Positions 48,893 to 57,057 of a stretch of 64,000 nucleotides of DNA are shown one piece after another. Each line of letters starts with the position of its first letter. Within the stretch, counting starts at the first letter, position 1. Origin of the DNA: an uncultured Gammaproteobacteria bacterium (GTDB lineage: Bacteria; Patescibacteriota; Patescibacteriia; UBA1558; UBA10009); the NCBI GenBank assembly GCA_964588165.1, contig CAZPMS010000001.1, positions 27,303 to 91,302 of the forward strand, read 5' to 3'. The notes below the pieces were generated by a model. The model did no database searches, was not told where the DNA came from, and saw nothing but the letters and a program-made list of their open reading frames with translations. Made by a program: the position numbers and the translations under genes.

Positions 48893-50302
48893 TTAAATAT
48901 TAATGACTTCGCCATCCATCTCATCCGGAATATCTACTTCCAGCATTGATAAAATGGTTGGGGCTAGATTTAGTATGGAAGTATCTATGTTTTGGGGTTT
49001 AATACCCTTAAAATAAGCCAAAAATAGCCCTTCTGGCTCGTTTTCCCCACTCCAGTGCTGTGGAGCGTCAAAAACCTGTTTTTGGCCAATTGAGCCACTA
49101 AAATGGGTATTTTTACCTTGGTCTACGATAAGATCAGGGGCTGAATCAAAATGCTGGCCTGAATAGATTTCTTCCTTAGTATAAACCTTATTTACAATCT
49201 TTATTCCATCGTGCTCCAACTGCTCCAATTCATCAATAAGCTTCTTTTTAAACTCAGCTGATTTGTTTAATAAATAGATTGGACCTTGCCCAGAAGCAAT
49301 AGCTTGTGATTTATCCCAATCAATAATTTCTGCTTTACCGCCAAATTGCACGCTTCCTTGTTCATCTGGTAATTTCTGTTGAACTGACCTTGGAACGATC
49401 TTTTTAATAAAATCTTTTAGACCCAACTTAGTTAATATTTTAGTCACCCTTTGACGGGTAAAGCCGACTTTTTGGAAATTGGAAATTGTTGATTGGGACT
49501 TTAACTTAAGGTAGCCTTTTTGTTCCAACCAAGTTGAAATATTAAACTTAACTTTAATCTCGTTAGTACCATGATCAGACATAAATAAAAAAGTGTAATC
49601 TGTAAATTGATCAACCAACTTGCCTACTCCTTCATCAATAATCTGCCAGGCTTTAAATACTTTATCATCACCCCAGTGGTAATGCTGCAAAACATTGATT
49701 AGATAAGTGGCCACCATAAAAAAATCAAAGTCGCCTTCATTAAGTAAAAATTCTGCCGCTTCAAAACGGATTTTAATCAACCGATAAATTTCTTCAATCA
49801 CTTCATCAGCATCCTTTTCCATGTAGCTGATGTTTTGTGGCAGCACGCGCCAGTTAAATTTTGTTTTTAACATTTTTTCTAAAGCTTCCGGATAAGTAAA
49901 ATTTGATTCCATAGCATCTGGGCCGCCGGCCACCATTAAGCCGTTTATTTTATGAGGTGGATATAAAGTTGGCATATTAATTACTCCCACCCGTTTGCCG
50001 GCATCTGATAAATAATCAAAAATTTCTTTGCCAGAAAATGACTCAGCAGATGGAATGTAGATTTTTCTGTTTTTAACATCAACATTTTCCCACCAAAAAA
50101 CTCCCAGCTTGGCCGGGTTTAAGCCGGTAGAAAAACATTTCCAGTTGGGTGAAGTAACCGGCGGCAGCTGGGATTTCAAAACACCCCAGGCTCCGGCCTG
50201 TTGCAGTTTTTTAAAGGTTGGCAATTTTCCCTCATCTATCCAAGGCTGGATATAATTCCAGCTACCACCATCTATTCCGATAACTATTATTTTTTTATTC
50301 AT
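48893..50302 (-). CDS. Alkaline-phosphatase superfamily (type I phosphodiesterase/nucleotide pyrophosphatase-like) enzyme
   Basis: IGIDGG, PPVTSPNW..TGLNP, QHYHW, MSDHG, APTIL; start MNKKII at 50302. Confidence 0.85.
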   Translation of the reverse strand: MNKKIIVIGIDGGSWNYIQPWIDEGKLPTFKKLQQAGAWGVLKSQLPPVTSPNWKCFSTGLNPAKLGVFWWENVDVKNRKIYIPSAESFSGKEIFDYLSDAGKRVGVINMPTLYPPHKINGLMVAGGPDAMESNFTYPEALEKMLKTKFNWRVLPQNISYMEKDADEVIEEIYRLIKIRFEAAEFLLNEGDFDFFMVATYLINVLQHYHWGDDKVFKAWQIIDEGVGKLVDQFTDYTFLFMSDHGTNEIKVKFNISTWLEQKGYLKLKSQSTISNFQKVGFTRQRVTKILTKLGLKDFIKKIVPRSVQQKLPDEQGSVQFGGKAEIIDWDKSQAIASGQGPIYLLNKSAEFKKKLIDELEQLEHDGIKIVNKVYTKEEIYSGQHFDSAPDLIVDQGKNTHFSGSIGQKQVFDAPQHWSGENEPEGLFLAYFKGIKPQNIDTSILNLAPTILSMLEVDIPDEMDGEVINI

Positions 50303-50326
50303 ATTTTCTTGGTCTTTCCTCTCTAA

Positions 50327-50411
50327 CGTCACCCTGAACAAAGTGAAGGGTCCCATTAATCTGGCAAAGTTGGTGGAATAATGGGATTCTTCGCTAAAGC
50401 TCAGAATGACA
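50327..50411. repeat. CGTC/TGTC-tagged REP-like doublet
   Basis: cgtcaccctgaacaaagtgaagggtccc ... gggattcttcgctaaagctcagaatgaca; right half resembles 45878-45916. Confidence 0.75.
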
Positions 50412-50427
50412 TAATTCAGGAAAGGCT

Positions 50428-51357
50428 TTATTCATTTTTCTTTTTAAATACTACGGTAAATGTTGCGCCATTTTTAGGAAACAGTTTAGCTAACAACTTA
50501 TCATATAATCTCAACATAACATTTTTGTGGGCGTACATAAACACGCGGTACAAATGGTTATAAGTTTCAAAAAAATTAATTTTATAACCATTCAAATCCT
50601 TTTGCTGAATTTCTTTTACACTAAAGCCGGAGGCTGAATAAATATCCACTATCTTCCCCATTTTCCAGGGTGAAAGAGGCTCTGTAATTAAACCTTCCAT
50701 TATCAATTGCTTATTAACTCTTGCCAGTTCTGGAGTATAACGTGATTTATCTTGAAATTTTTTATCAAATAATTTTTTTAAACCTATCCGCTTCATTATA
50801 GCTTCTATAAAAAATTTGGGATTAGTTAAAACTCGCCACAGCTTGTAGTTAAACCATAAAAATTTATGGCTGAAAAAATCTTTATGCGGTTCGTGGGCGA
50901 TAATTAACAACCCGCCAGGTTTTAATACTCGGTTTATTTCTGCAAAAGTTTTTGGTGTATCCGGTAAATGGTGTAAAACTGAATTCAGGGCCACAATATC
51001 CACTGATGAATCCTCCAGCTCCAAACTCTCGTCATTCAGTTTTAAATAATTGAATTTATTGTTAAAGTTTTTATTATTTATATTTGATTTGCATCTAGAA
51101 AGCATTTTTTCAGAAACATCAGAACATACAACCTCATCTTCTTCTTTTAAATATCCTGATATCTGCAATGGTACAAAACCGGTGCCCGATCCAATATCCA
51201 AAATTTTTAATGGATTGGCTGATTTAAAAAACTTACTGGCTAAAACCTGCCACCTTTGTTTTTCCAGCTCAAAAATTTCCGGATGCTCGCTGGTGTATGA
51301 ATCAGCTTCTACATCATGGAAAATTTCATTAACTCTGATTATAAATTCTTTGTTCAT
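50428..51357 (-). CDS. Class I SAM-dependent methyltransferase
   Basis: LDIGSGTG, VLHHLPD, VLKPGG; start MNKEF at 51357. Confidence 0.85.
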   Translation of the reverse strand: MNKEFIIRVNEIFHDVEADSYTSEHPEIFELEKQRWQVLASKFFKSANPLKILDIGSGTGFVPLQISGYLKEEDEVVCSDVSEKMLSRCKSNINNKNFNNKFNYLKLNDESLELEDSSVDIVALNSVLHHLPDTPKTFAEINRVLKPGGLLIIAHEPHKDFFSHKFLWFNYKLWRVLTNPKFFIEAIMKRIGLKKLFDKKFQDKSRYTPELARVNKQLIMEGLITEPLSPWKMGKIVDIYSASGFSVKEIQQKDLNGYKINFFETYNHLYRVFMYAHKNVMLRLYDKLLAKLFPKNGATFTVVFKKKNE

Positions 51358-51368
51358 AATTTTAAATC

Positions 51369-51485
51369 GTCCGTGCAGGTCGGTGAGCGTCGGTGTCGTC
51401 TGTACTTGTCTGTGTATGTCGGTGTAATAACGGACTTTCACCGACTCACACGGACGACACGGACAAACGCGGACTTACCACAGGC
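51369..51485. repeat. Periodic palindrome A2: 6x GTCNGTG / 6x CACNGAC
   Basis: gtccgtg cag gtcggtg agc gtcggtg tc gtctgta ctt gtctgtg tat gtcggtg ... aacggac ttt caccgac tca cacggac ga cacggac aaa cgcggac ttac cacaggc. Confidence 0.9.
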
Positions 51486-51501
51486 ACCCCCTAATATTTA
51501 A

Positions 51502-52584
51502 TTACTTTGTAACTTTAATAAAAACCTCTAACAGCTTATTTACTAAATTATCAATATTATGATCACTAACTACAATTTGACGTAATTTATTGCCCCACTC
51601 CTGCTTTTCCTCAGCTTTCATATTCATAACTAATTCTAAATGTTCCACCAAGATACTAGCATCTTTTTTAGCAAACTGGGCAAAGGGAAAATCTTTAAAA
51701 ATTTCTTTAAAGCCCGGATTGGAATTAATAACCACGGTGCCGGTGGACATAGCTTCTAAAACGGTTTTATCCAAGCTGCCCGTTTGGCCTGTGTTTATAA
51801 AAACATCCGCCTCTTGATATGTCCTGACAATTTCTTGATGAGGAACAGAGCCGATAAATCTGACATTATTTTCTAACTTCTTATTTTCAACTTCCTTTTT
51901 TAATCCTTCAAAATAAACCTCTTGTACTTTAAGCGGTACTGATCCGATAATATAAAAAGTTAATTGATGACCTTTTTGATTAACCAAAATATCAGCCGCC
52001 TTAATTAAAGTTTCTATATTTTTAACCGGTGAAATTCTGCCCACCCAGATTATTTTTTTAACCTCTTTATTATATTTTTCTTTTTGTTTGAAATAATCAG
52101 TATCCACTCCTTGGCCGGTAATAATTTTCTTATTTGTTTTTATAGGAAAGCCACCCTCTGATGAAGTAACAATTTTAGTTACCAGCTTGGCAGCTAATTT
52201 GGATTTCCAACTTAAATTACCGTGGGCTTTCCACCAAATAATCGGTTTGCCAAAAAATAAAGCCAGTGGCCAAATTAATAACGCAAAAATTTCTATCATT
52301 TGCACAAAAACTACGTCCACATCTTTGTTTTTAAATAGTTGAAAACAATGTTTGTAAAAATTCCTAAGATAACCTCTTTTGCCTTCACCTTTTTCTTTGC
52401 CGATTGACTTTACCTTTACATTATCCGGTAAATCATCATGCTCCCCTTCCTTTAAACATACAACTGTAATTGAGTGAACCTGCTCGGCCATTAATTTAAG
52501 CCATTTATAAAACGGCGCCAGTAAATTATCATGCTTATCTACGCTTTGGGTTAAGTAAAGAATTTTTAGATCTTTTTTATCCAT
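51502..52584 (-). CDS. GT4 glycosyltransferase
   Basis: VGRISPVKN, GSLDKTVLEAM. Confidence 0.88.
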   Translation of the reverse strand: MDKKDLKILYLTQSVDKHDNLLAPFYKWLKLMAEQVHSITVVCLKEGEHDDLPDNVKVKSIGKEKGEGKRGYLRNFYKHCFQLFKNKDVDVVFVQMIEIFALLIWPLALFFGKPIIWWKAHGNLSWKSKLAAKLVTKIVTSSEGGFPIKTNKKIITGQGVDTDYFKQKEKYNKEVKKIIWVGRISPVKNIETLIKAADILVNQKGHQLTFYIIGSVPLKVQEVYFEGLKKEVENKKLENNVRFIGSVPHQEIVRTYQEADVFINTGQTGSLDKTVLEAMSTGTVVINSNPGFKEIFKDFPFAQFAKKDASILVEHLELVMNMKAEEKQEWGNKLRQIVVSDHNIDNLVNKLLEVFIKVTK

Positions 52585-52593
52585 ATTATTTTT

Positions 52594-52730
52594 GTCAGTA
52601 CATGTCAGTAAAGGTCGGTGTCGTCTGTACTTGTCTGTGCCTGCCTGCCGGCAGGCAGATAAGTCCGTGTAAAATACAGACTTCTACCGACCAACGCGGA
52701 CGACACGGACAGGCACAGACTTTCACAGAC
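52594..52730. repeat. Periodic palindrome A3 carrying a 20-bp CCTGCCTGCCGGCAGGCAG insert (52640-52659)
   Basis: Same 6+6, 3-3-2-3-3 layout; 26 bp identical to A2 (gtcggtgtcgtctgtacttgtctgtg). Confidence 0.9.
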
Positions 52731-52733
52731 TTT

Positions 52734-54698
52734 TCACTTTATAAATGTCTTATACCACAAGGCAAACATATATAGCCGCCAGATTTTATCAAAATTATTT
52801 TTTTTATTTGAATTATGCTCAGCCAAAATCTTTTTGATATATTCTTCGTTGAAATAACCCAAATTTAAAAATTGTCGGCCGAGTAAAACACTTTCAATTT
52901 CATCTTTAAGCGGACTTTGCTTAATCCATCTGTTTAAAGGAATTGAAAAACCTTTTTTATGCCTAAAGATAACTTCGTCTGGTAAAATACCTCTCATACT
53001 TTCTTTAAACAGATATTTGGTTTTTAATCCGTTAAGTTTATATTTAAAAGGAATTTTGGCAATCAGTTCTACCAGCTGATGGTCTACCAACGGCGCTCGT
53101 GACTCCAGCGAGACTGCCATAGTGCACCTGTCTACTTTAGTAAAAAACATATCTGGTAAAAGTGACTTAAACTGGCTGTATAAAATAGCTTCCAGCTTAT
53201 CTTTACCGTCATACTCATTAACTAAATTTTGACGCAGGGCTTTGGCATCTCCGCCGAATCGGCGGTCTACTTTAAATTGATTATAAACTTCTTTATTTAA
53301 AAGATCTTCAGTAAAACCGGTAGTCATATTCAAAAATATGTCCAAAGGTTTTTTTGAAGAATGGAGCTGGGTTTCGGCCAACCGTTTTATTTTATGGAAA
53401 TACCTGATAAAACTTTCCCGCTCATCATTATCCGGAATTGCTTTAGTGATTTTGTAAATGAATTTTCTAATAACCGACGGAAATTTATGATACAGCCGGG
53501 CCAGTTTTAAGGCTTTATACCATTCATATCCGGCAAACAGTTCATCTCCGCCATCACCGGTTAAGGCTACGGTTACAAACTCGCGGGCTGTTTTAGCCAC
53601 ATAATAGGTAGGAATTATAGAAGCGTCTGCAAAGGGTTCATCCATATGCCAAACTAATTTAGGCAAAATTTCTAAAACCTTAGGTTCAATTATAAATTCA
53701 TGGTGGTTGGTTTTAAATTTATTGGCCACCAGCCGGGCGTATCTTAATTCCGAAAAATCTTCCTCCTTAAAACCTACAGCAAATGTTTCTACAGGTTTAC
53801 TGGAGTTTCTGGCCATCATTGCCACTACAGCTGATGAATCTACTCCGCCGGATAAAAATGCTCCTAAAGGGACATCGGAAACCATTCTGCTTTTTACCGA
53901 TTCTTTAAACTGTTTTAAAAATAAATTTTTAATTTCCTCTTCCGGGAAATTAAATTTTTCTTTAAATGAAACCTGCCAATAATCCTTAATCCTTAATCTC
54001 CGAGGAGTCCGAAGATTCTCGGAGTCCTTCGGACCTTGTTCATCAATTATTAATAACTGTCCTGGCTCTAACTTCTTAACACCTTTGATAATACAATATG
54101 GTGCCGGCACCCTACCATAAACCAAATAATAATGCAGAGCTACTTTATCAACTTCCCGTTTAACTTCTGCCGATTCCAGAATTGATTTTAATTCCGAAGC
54201 AAATAGTAATTGATTTTTGTCTTGATAATAATAGATTGGCTTTTCCCCTGCTCTATCGCGGGCAATAATTAATTTTTTTACTTTTTCATCCCAAATTGCC
54301 AAGCCAAACATGCCGTTTAAATGCTGAACAAAATCCTCACCGTATTCTTGGTATAAATGGACAATGGCTTCGGTATCGGAATTGGTATAAAATTGATAAC
54401 CTTTCTGTTCTAAATCTTGCCTAAGTTTTTTAAAATTATAAATTTCTCCATTTAAAATAACTTGGACCGATTTATCTTGATTATGGATTGGCTGATCACC
54501 ACTAACTAAATCAATAATCTTTAATCTGCGCATGCCTAAACCGATTGAACCGTTTTCGCCCGAGGCGAATCCGCCTTTGGCGGAAAAATAAAAACCGTCG
54601 CCATCCGGACCGCGATGCTCTAAAACTGACGTCATCTTTTTTATTAAAGATTGGTCGGCTTGTCCTTTAAATTTTAATTGTCCCACGATACCACACAT
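52734..54698 (-). CDS. asnB: Asparagine synthase (glutamine-hydrolysing)-type amidotransferase
   Basis: MCGI, HRGPD, NGEIYN, RDRAGEKP, LSGGVDSS, GDGGDELFAGY, KKGF. Confidence 0.93.
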   Translation of the reverse strand: MCGIVGQLKFKGQADQSLIKKMTSVLEHRGPDGDGFYFSAKGGFASGENGSIGLGMRRLKIIDLVSGDQPIHNQDKSVQVILNGEIYNFKKLRQDLEQKGYQFYTNSDTEAIVHLYQEYGEDFVQHLNGMFGLAIWDEKVKKLIIARDRAGEKPIYYYQDKNQLLFASELKSILESAEVKREVDKVALHYYLVYGRVPAPYCIIKGVKKLEPGQLLIIDEQGPKDSENLRTPRRLRIKDYWQVSFKEKFNFPEEEIKNLFLKQFKESVKSRMVSDVPLGAFLSGGVDSSAVVAMMARNSSKPVETFAVGFKEEDFSELRYARLVANKFKTNHHEFIIEPKVLEILPKLVWHMDEPFADASIIPTYYVAKTAREFVTVALTGDGGDELFAGYEWYKALKLARLYHKFPSVIRKFIYKITKAIPDNDERESFIRYFHKIKRLAETQLHSSKKPLDIFLNMTTGFTEDLLNKEVYNQFKVDRRFGGDAKALRQNLVNEYDGKDKLEAILYSQFKSLLPDMFFTKVDRCTMAVSLESRAPLVDHQLVELIAKIPFKYKLNGLKTKYLFKESMRGILPDEVIFRHKKGFSIPLNRWIKQSPLKDEIESVLLGRQFLNLGYFNEEYIKKILAEHNSNKKNNFDKIWRLYMFALWYKTFIK

Positions 54699-54700
54699 AT

Positions 54701-54732
54701 ATTGGTAATCAGTAATTGGTAACTAGTTAATT
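54701..54732. repeat. 7-nt period repeat (ATTGGTA-like)
   Basis: attggta atcagta attggta actagtt aatt. Confidence 0.55.
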
Positions 54733-54739
54733 AAAAAAT

Positions 54740-54800
54740 ATCTGCGAATTATCTGCGTGTTATCCCTGCCTCGCCGGCAGGCAGGTGCGGCTCATCTGCG
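54740..54800. repeat. ATCTGCG x4 (11-nt period), third unit split by CCTGCCTCGCCGGCAGGCAGG
   Basis: atctgcg aatt atctgcg tgtt atc[cctgcctcgccggcaggcagg]tgcg gctc atctgcg. Confidence 0.85.
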
Positions 54801-55927
54801 ATAATCTTCTGCCACATTCTAGAAACTGACTCCACGCTCTTAAACCATGAATAATTATTTTTTATTTCTTCAAAAAGTTTATTTCCCAAAGCTACTCTCA
54901 ATTCTTCATTAACTAATAAAACAGTCATCTTCCTATAACATTCATTTTGATTATCAATATCAAACAGTAATTTTTTATCAAAAATTATTGAAGTTGCCCC
55001 AGTGGTTTTAGAGGCCAAAGTAGGTGTTTTTTGCATAGCAGCTTCTAAAATAACTTTGCCAAAACTTTCGTGCCTGGAAGGTAGTATTAAAACTTTTGCC
55101 AAGCGGTAATAGCTGGCTAAATCTTCATGGCTGACCTCGCCCAATAGTTCTACTCTGTTATGCAAGCCTTCTTTTTTTATTATTTCCAATAAATGCTTCC
55201 TTAAACTGCCTTCGCCAACAATTAAAAAATGGCTCATGGGGACTTCCTTTAAAATGTTTTTAAAAGACTTTAAAAAAAAGCTCAAATTTTTTTCTTTCTC
55301 CAAGCGCCCTACAAATAAAATAACTTTTTTATCTTGATATTTGGCTGCCAGTGATTTAAAAACTTCTTCATTAAATCCAACAAATTTTTCTAGATTAACC
55401 GGTGTTGGTATAACTATAATTTTTTTCTCATCAATACCGGCCTTGATTAACTTACGTTTTATTAATGGATTAACAACCCTTAACTTATCCGCCCTTTTAG
55501 CTAAAAATTTAGAAAGTTTTAGTAAAAAAAAGTTGATCTTTTTTTCATCTAGCCAATCCTTGTTATCCCAAAAATCTCCATGCCAGTTCATTACCAGAGG
55601 AATTTTATGTTTTCTTTTTAACAAATAACCAACTAAGCCGTAGATCATCGGATCTTGGGTATTAATTAAATCAATTTTTTCTTTGGTTATTATGGCTGAA
55701 GATTTTTGATAAAGGTTTTTTAAAATTGAAAAACTGCTGTTGCCTTCTGATGGAATTGCTTCTACGTTTCCCCGCATTACTTTTTTTAATTTTTCCAGTC
55801 CATGGCATTTTATAACTATAAAAAGCCTTTCCAAACTTTTAGCGTAAGCAAGGTGCCTCTGCCAAACATCGCCGCTGGAATTATTTTTTAAAAAAATTGG
55901 ATCTGAACTGATAATTAGTACTTTCAT
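54749..55927 (-). CDS. GT4 glycosyltransferase
   Basis: VGRLEKEKN, ESFGKVILEAA. Confidence 0.9.
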   Translation of the reverse strand: MKVLIISSDPIFLKNNSSGDVWQRHLAYAKSLERLFIVIKCHGLEKLKKVMRGNVEAIPSEGNSSFSILKNLYQKSSAIITKEKIDLINTQDPMIYGLVGYLLKRKHKIPLVMNWHGDFWDNKDWLDEKKINFFLLKLSKFLAKRADKLRVVNPLIKRKLIKAGIDEKKIIVIPTPVNLEKFVGFNEEVFKSLAAKYQDKKVILFVGRLEKEKNLSFFLKSFKNILKEVPMSHFLIVGEGSLRKHLLEIIKKEGLHNRVELLGEVSHEDLASYYRLAKVLILPSRHESFGKVILEAAMQKTPTLASKTTGATSIIFDKKLLFDIDNQNECYRKMTVLLVNEELRVALGNKLFEEIKNNYSWFKSVESVSRMWQKIIADEPHLPAGEAGITRR

Positions 55928-57057
55928 TTTAATAATTCTAAATATTTTTTATACATTTTATCTTTGGAAAAATTTTTTATTACTTCCTTATTAGCTTGTT
56001 TGAATCTTTCAACCAGCCCGCTATTTGATGATAATTTTTTTATGGAATCCAAAATTTGCTGTTGATTATTATATTCTGCCAGCAATCCGTTTTGGTTATG
56101 CTCAATAACTTCTGGATTACCGCCAACGTTAGAGGCCACTACAGGCAGTCCAAAACTCAAGGCTTCCAATAAAGTATGGGATAGGCCCTCATAACTTGAG
56201 TTTAAAATAAAAATATCTGCTGCCTGATAATAATTTGACATTTTTTCCATAAAAACACTGCCGGCCAAAATAACCTTATCTTCCAGTTTTAATTCTTGAA
56301 TTTTAAATTTTAGTTTTTTCTCCTCCGGACCAGAACCAACTATAACCAACTTAAATTGATTATTAACCATTAATAAAACCGGCATTAAATCAATCAATAA
56401 ATCAAAGCCTTTCCAAGGTGTTAGCCTGCCTACTGATAAAATAACTTCACCTGATAAATTTAATCTTTGTTTGGCGTTTTCCTTTATAACATTGGTTCGG
56501 CCAGGTTTAAATGAATTATAAACTACTTTAACTTTATTTTCACTAACTCCCCAACCAACTACAATTAACTTTAAATACTGGCTTGGAGCAATAACCAAAT
56601 CAGCTTTTTTTGTTGTCCAGCTTCTTAATTTTTTATTACGCTCTATAGAGCCGGAATATTTTTTTGTCTGAAAATCATCAATAAGTTCTTTAACCTTACC
56701 TCTGTTGCGGGCCCTTTCCCAGGCTACATCACCTACTATCTTTATAAAAACTTTTTTACCGGTTAACTTTTTAACCAGAATAGCCGGCAAGCCGGCCGCA
56801 ATCGGGCCCTGGGCAAAAATTAAATCAGCGCTTTTGGTCAATTTTTTTAAAGCCCAAAAATACCGCCAATATCTTAAAAATATTGGCCCTTTACGGCTTA
56901 CCTTAACAAGCGATTCTTCTATAGATTTTTTATCTGCGTAAGTTAAAACTTTAACGCTATGGCCGGCCTTGGTTAAAACAGGCACTAAAGCTTTAACAAA
57001 AGTGGCAGGCCCGCCAACATCTGGCGGATAAATTTCACAGGCAATTATCAGTTTCAT
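55924..57057 (-). CDS. GT4 glycosyltransferase
   Basis: YPPDVGG, VGRLTPWKG, EGLSHTLLEA. Confidence 0.9.
   Translation of the reverse strand: MKLIIACEIYPPDVGGPATFVKALVPVLTKAGHSVKVLTYADKKSIEESLVKVSRKGPIFLRYWRYFWALKKLTKSADLIFAQGPIAAGLPAILVKKLTGKKVFIKIVGDVAWERARNRGKVKELIDDFQTKKYSGSIERNKKLRSWTTKKADLVIAPSQYLKLIVVGWGVSENKVKVVYNSFKPGRTNVIKENAKQRLNLSGEVILSVGRLTPWKGFDLLIDLMPVLLMVNNQFKLVIVGSGPEEKKLKFKIQELKLEDKVILAGSVFMEKMSNYYQAADIFILNSSYEGLSHTLLEALSFGLPVVASNVGGNPEVIEHNQNGLLAEYNNQQQILDSIKKLSSNSGLVERFKQANKEVIKNFSKDKMYKKYLELLK

Noticed and set aside
36234-52730. Periodic elements as CRISPR arrays
   Set aside because: Units are 7 nt with 2-3 nt spacers; there are no 25-45 nt repeats with unique spacers and no cas genes.
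19935-54800. Classical integron attC array
   Set aside because: No RYYYAAC/GTTRRRY ends and no tyrosine integrase in the window; only the cassette-like placement is similar.
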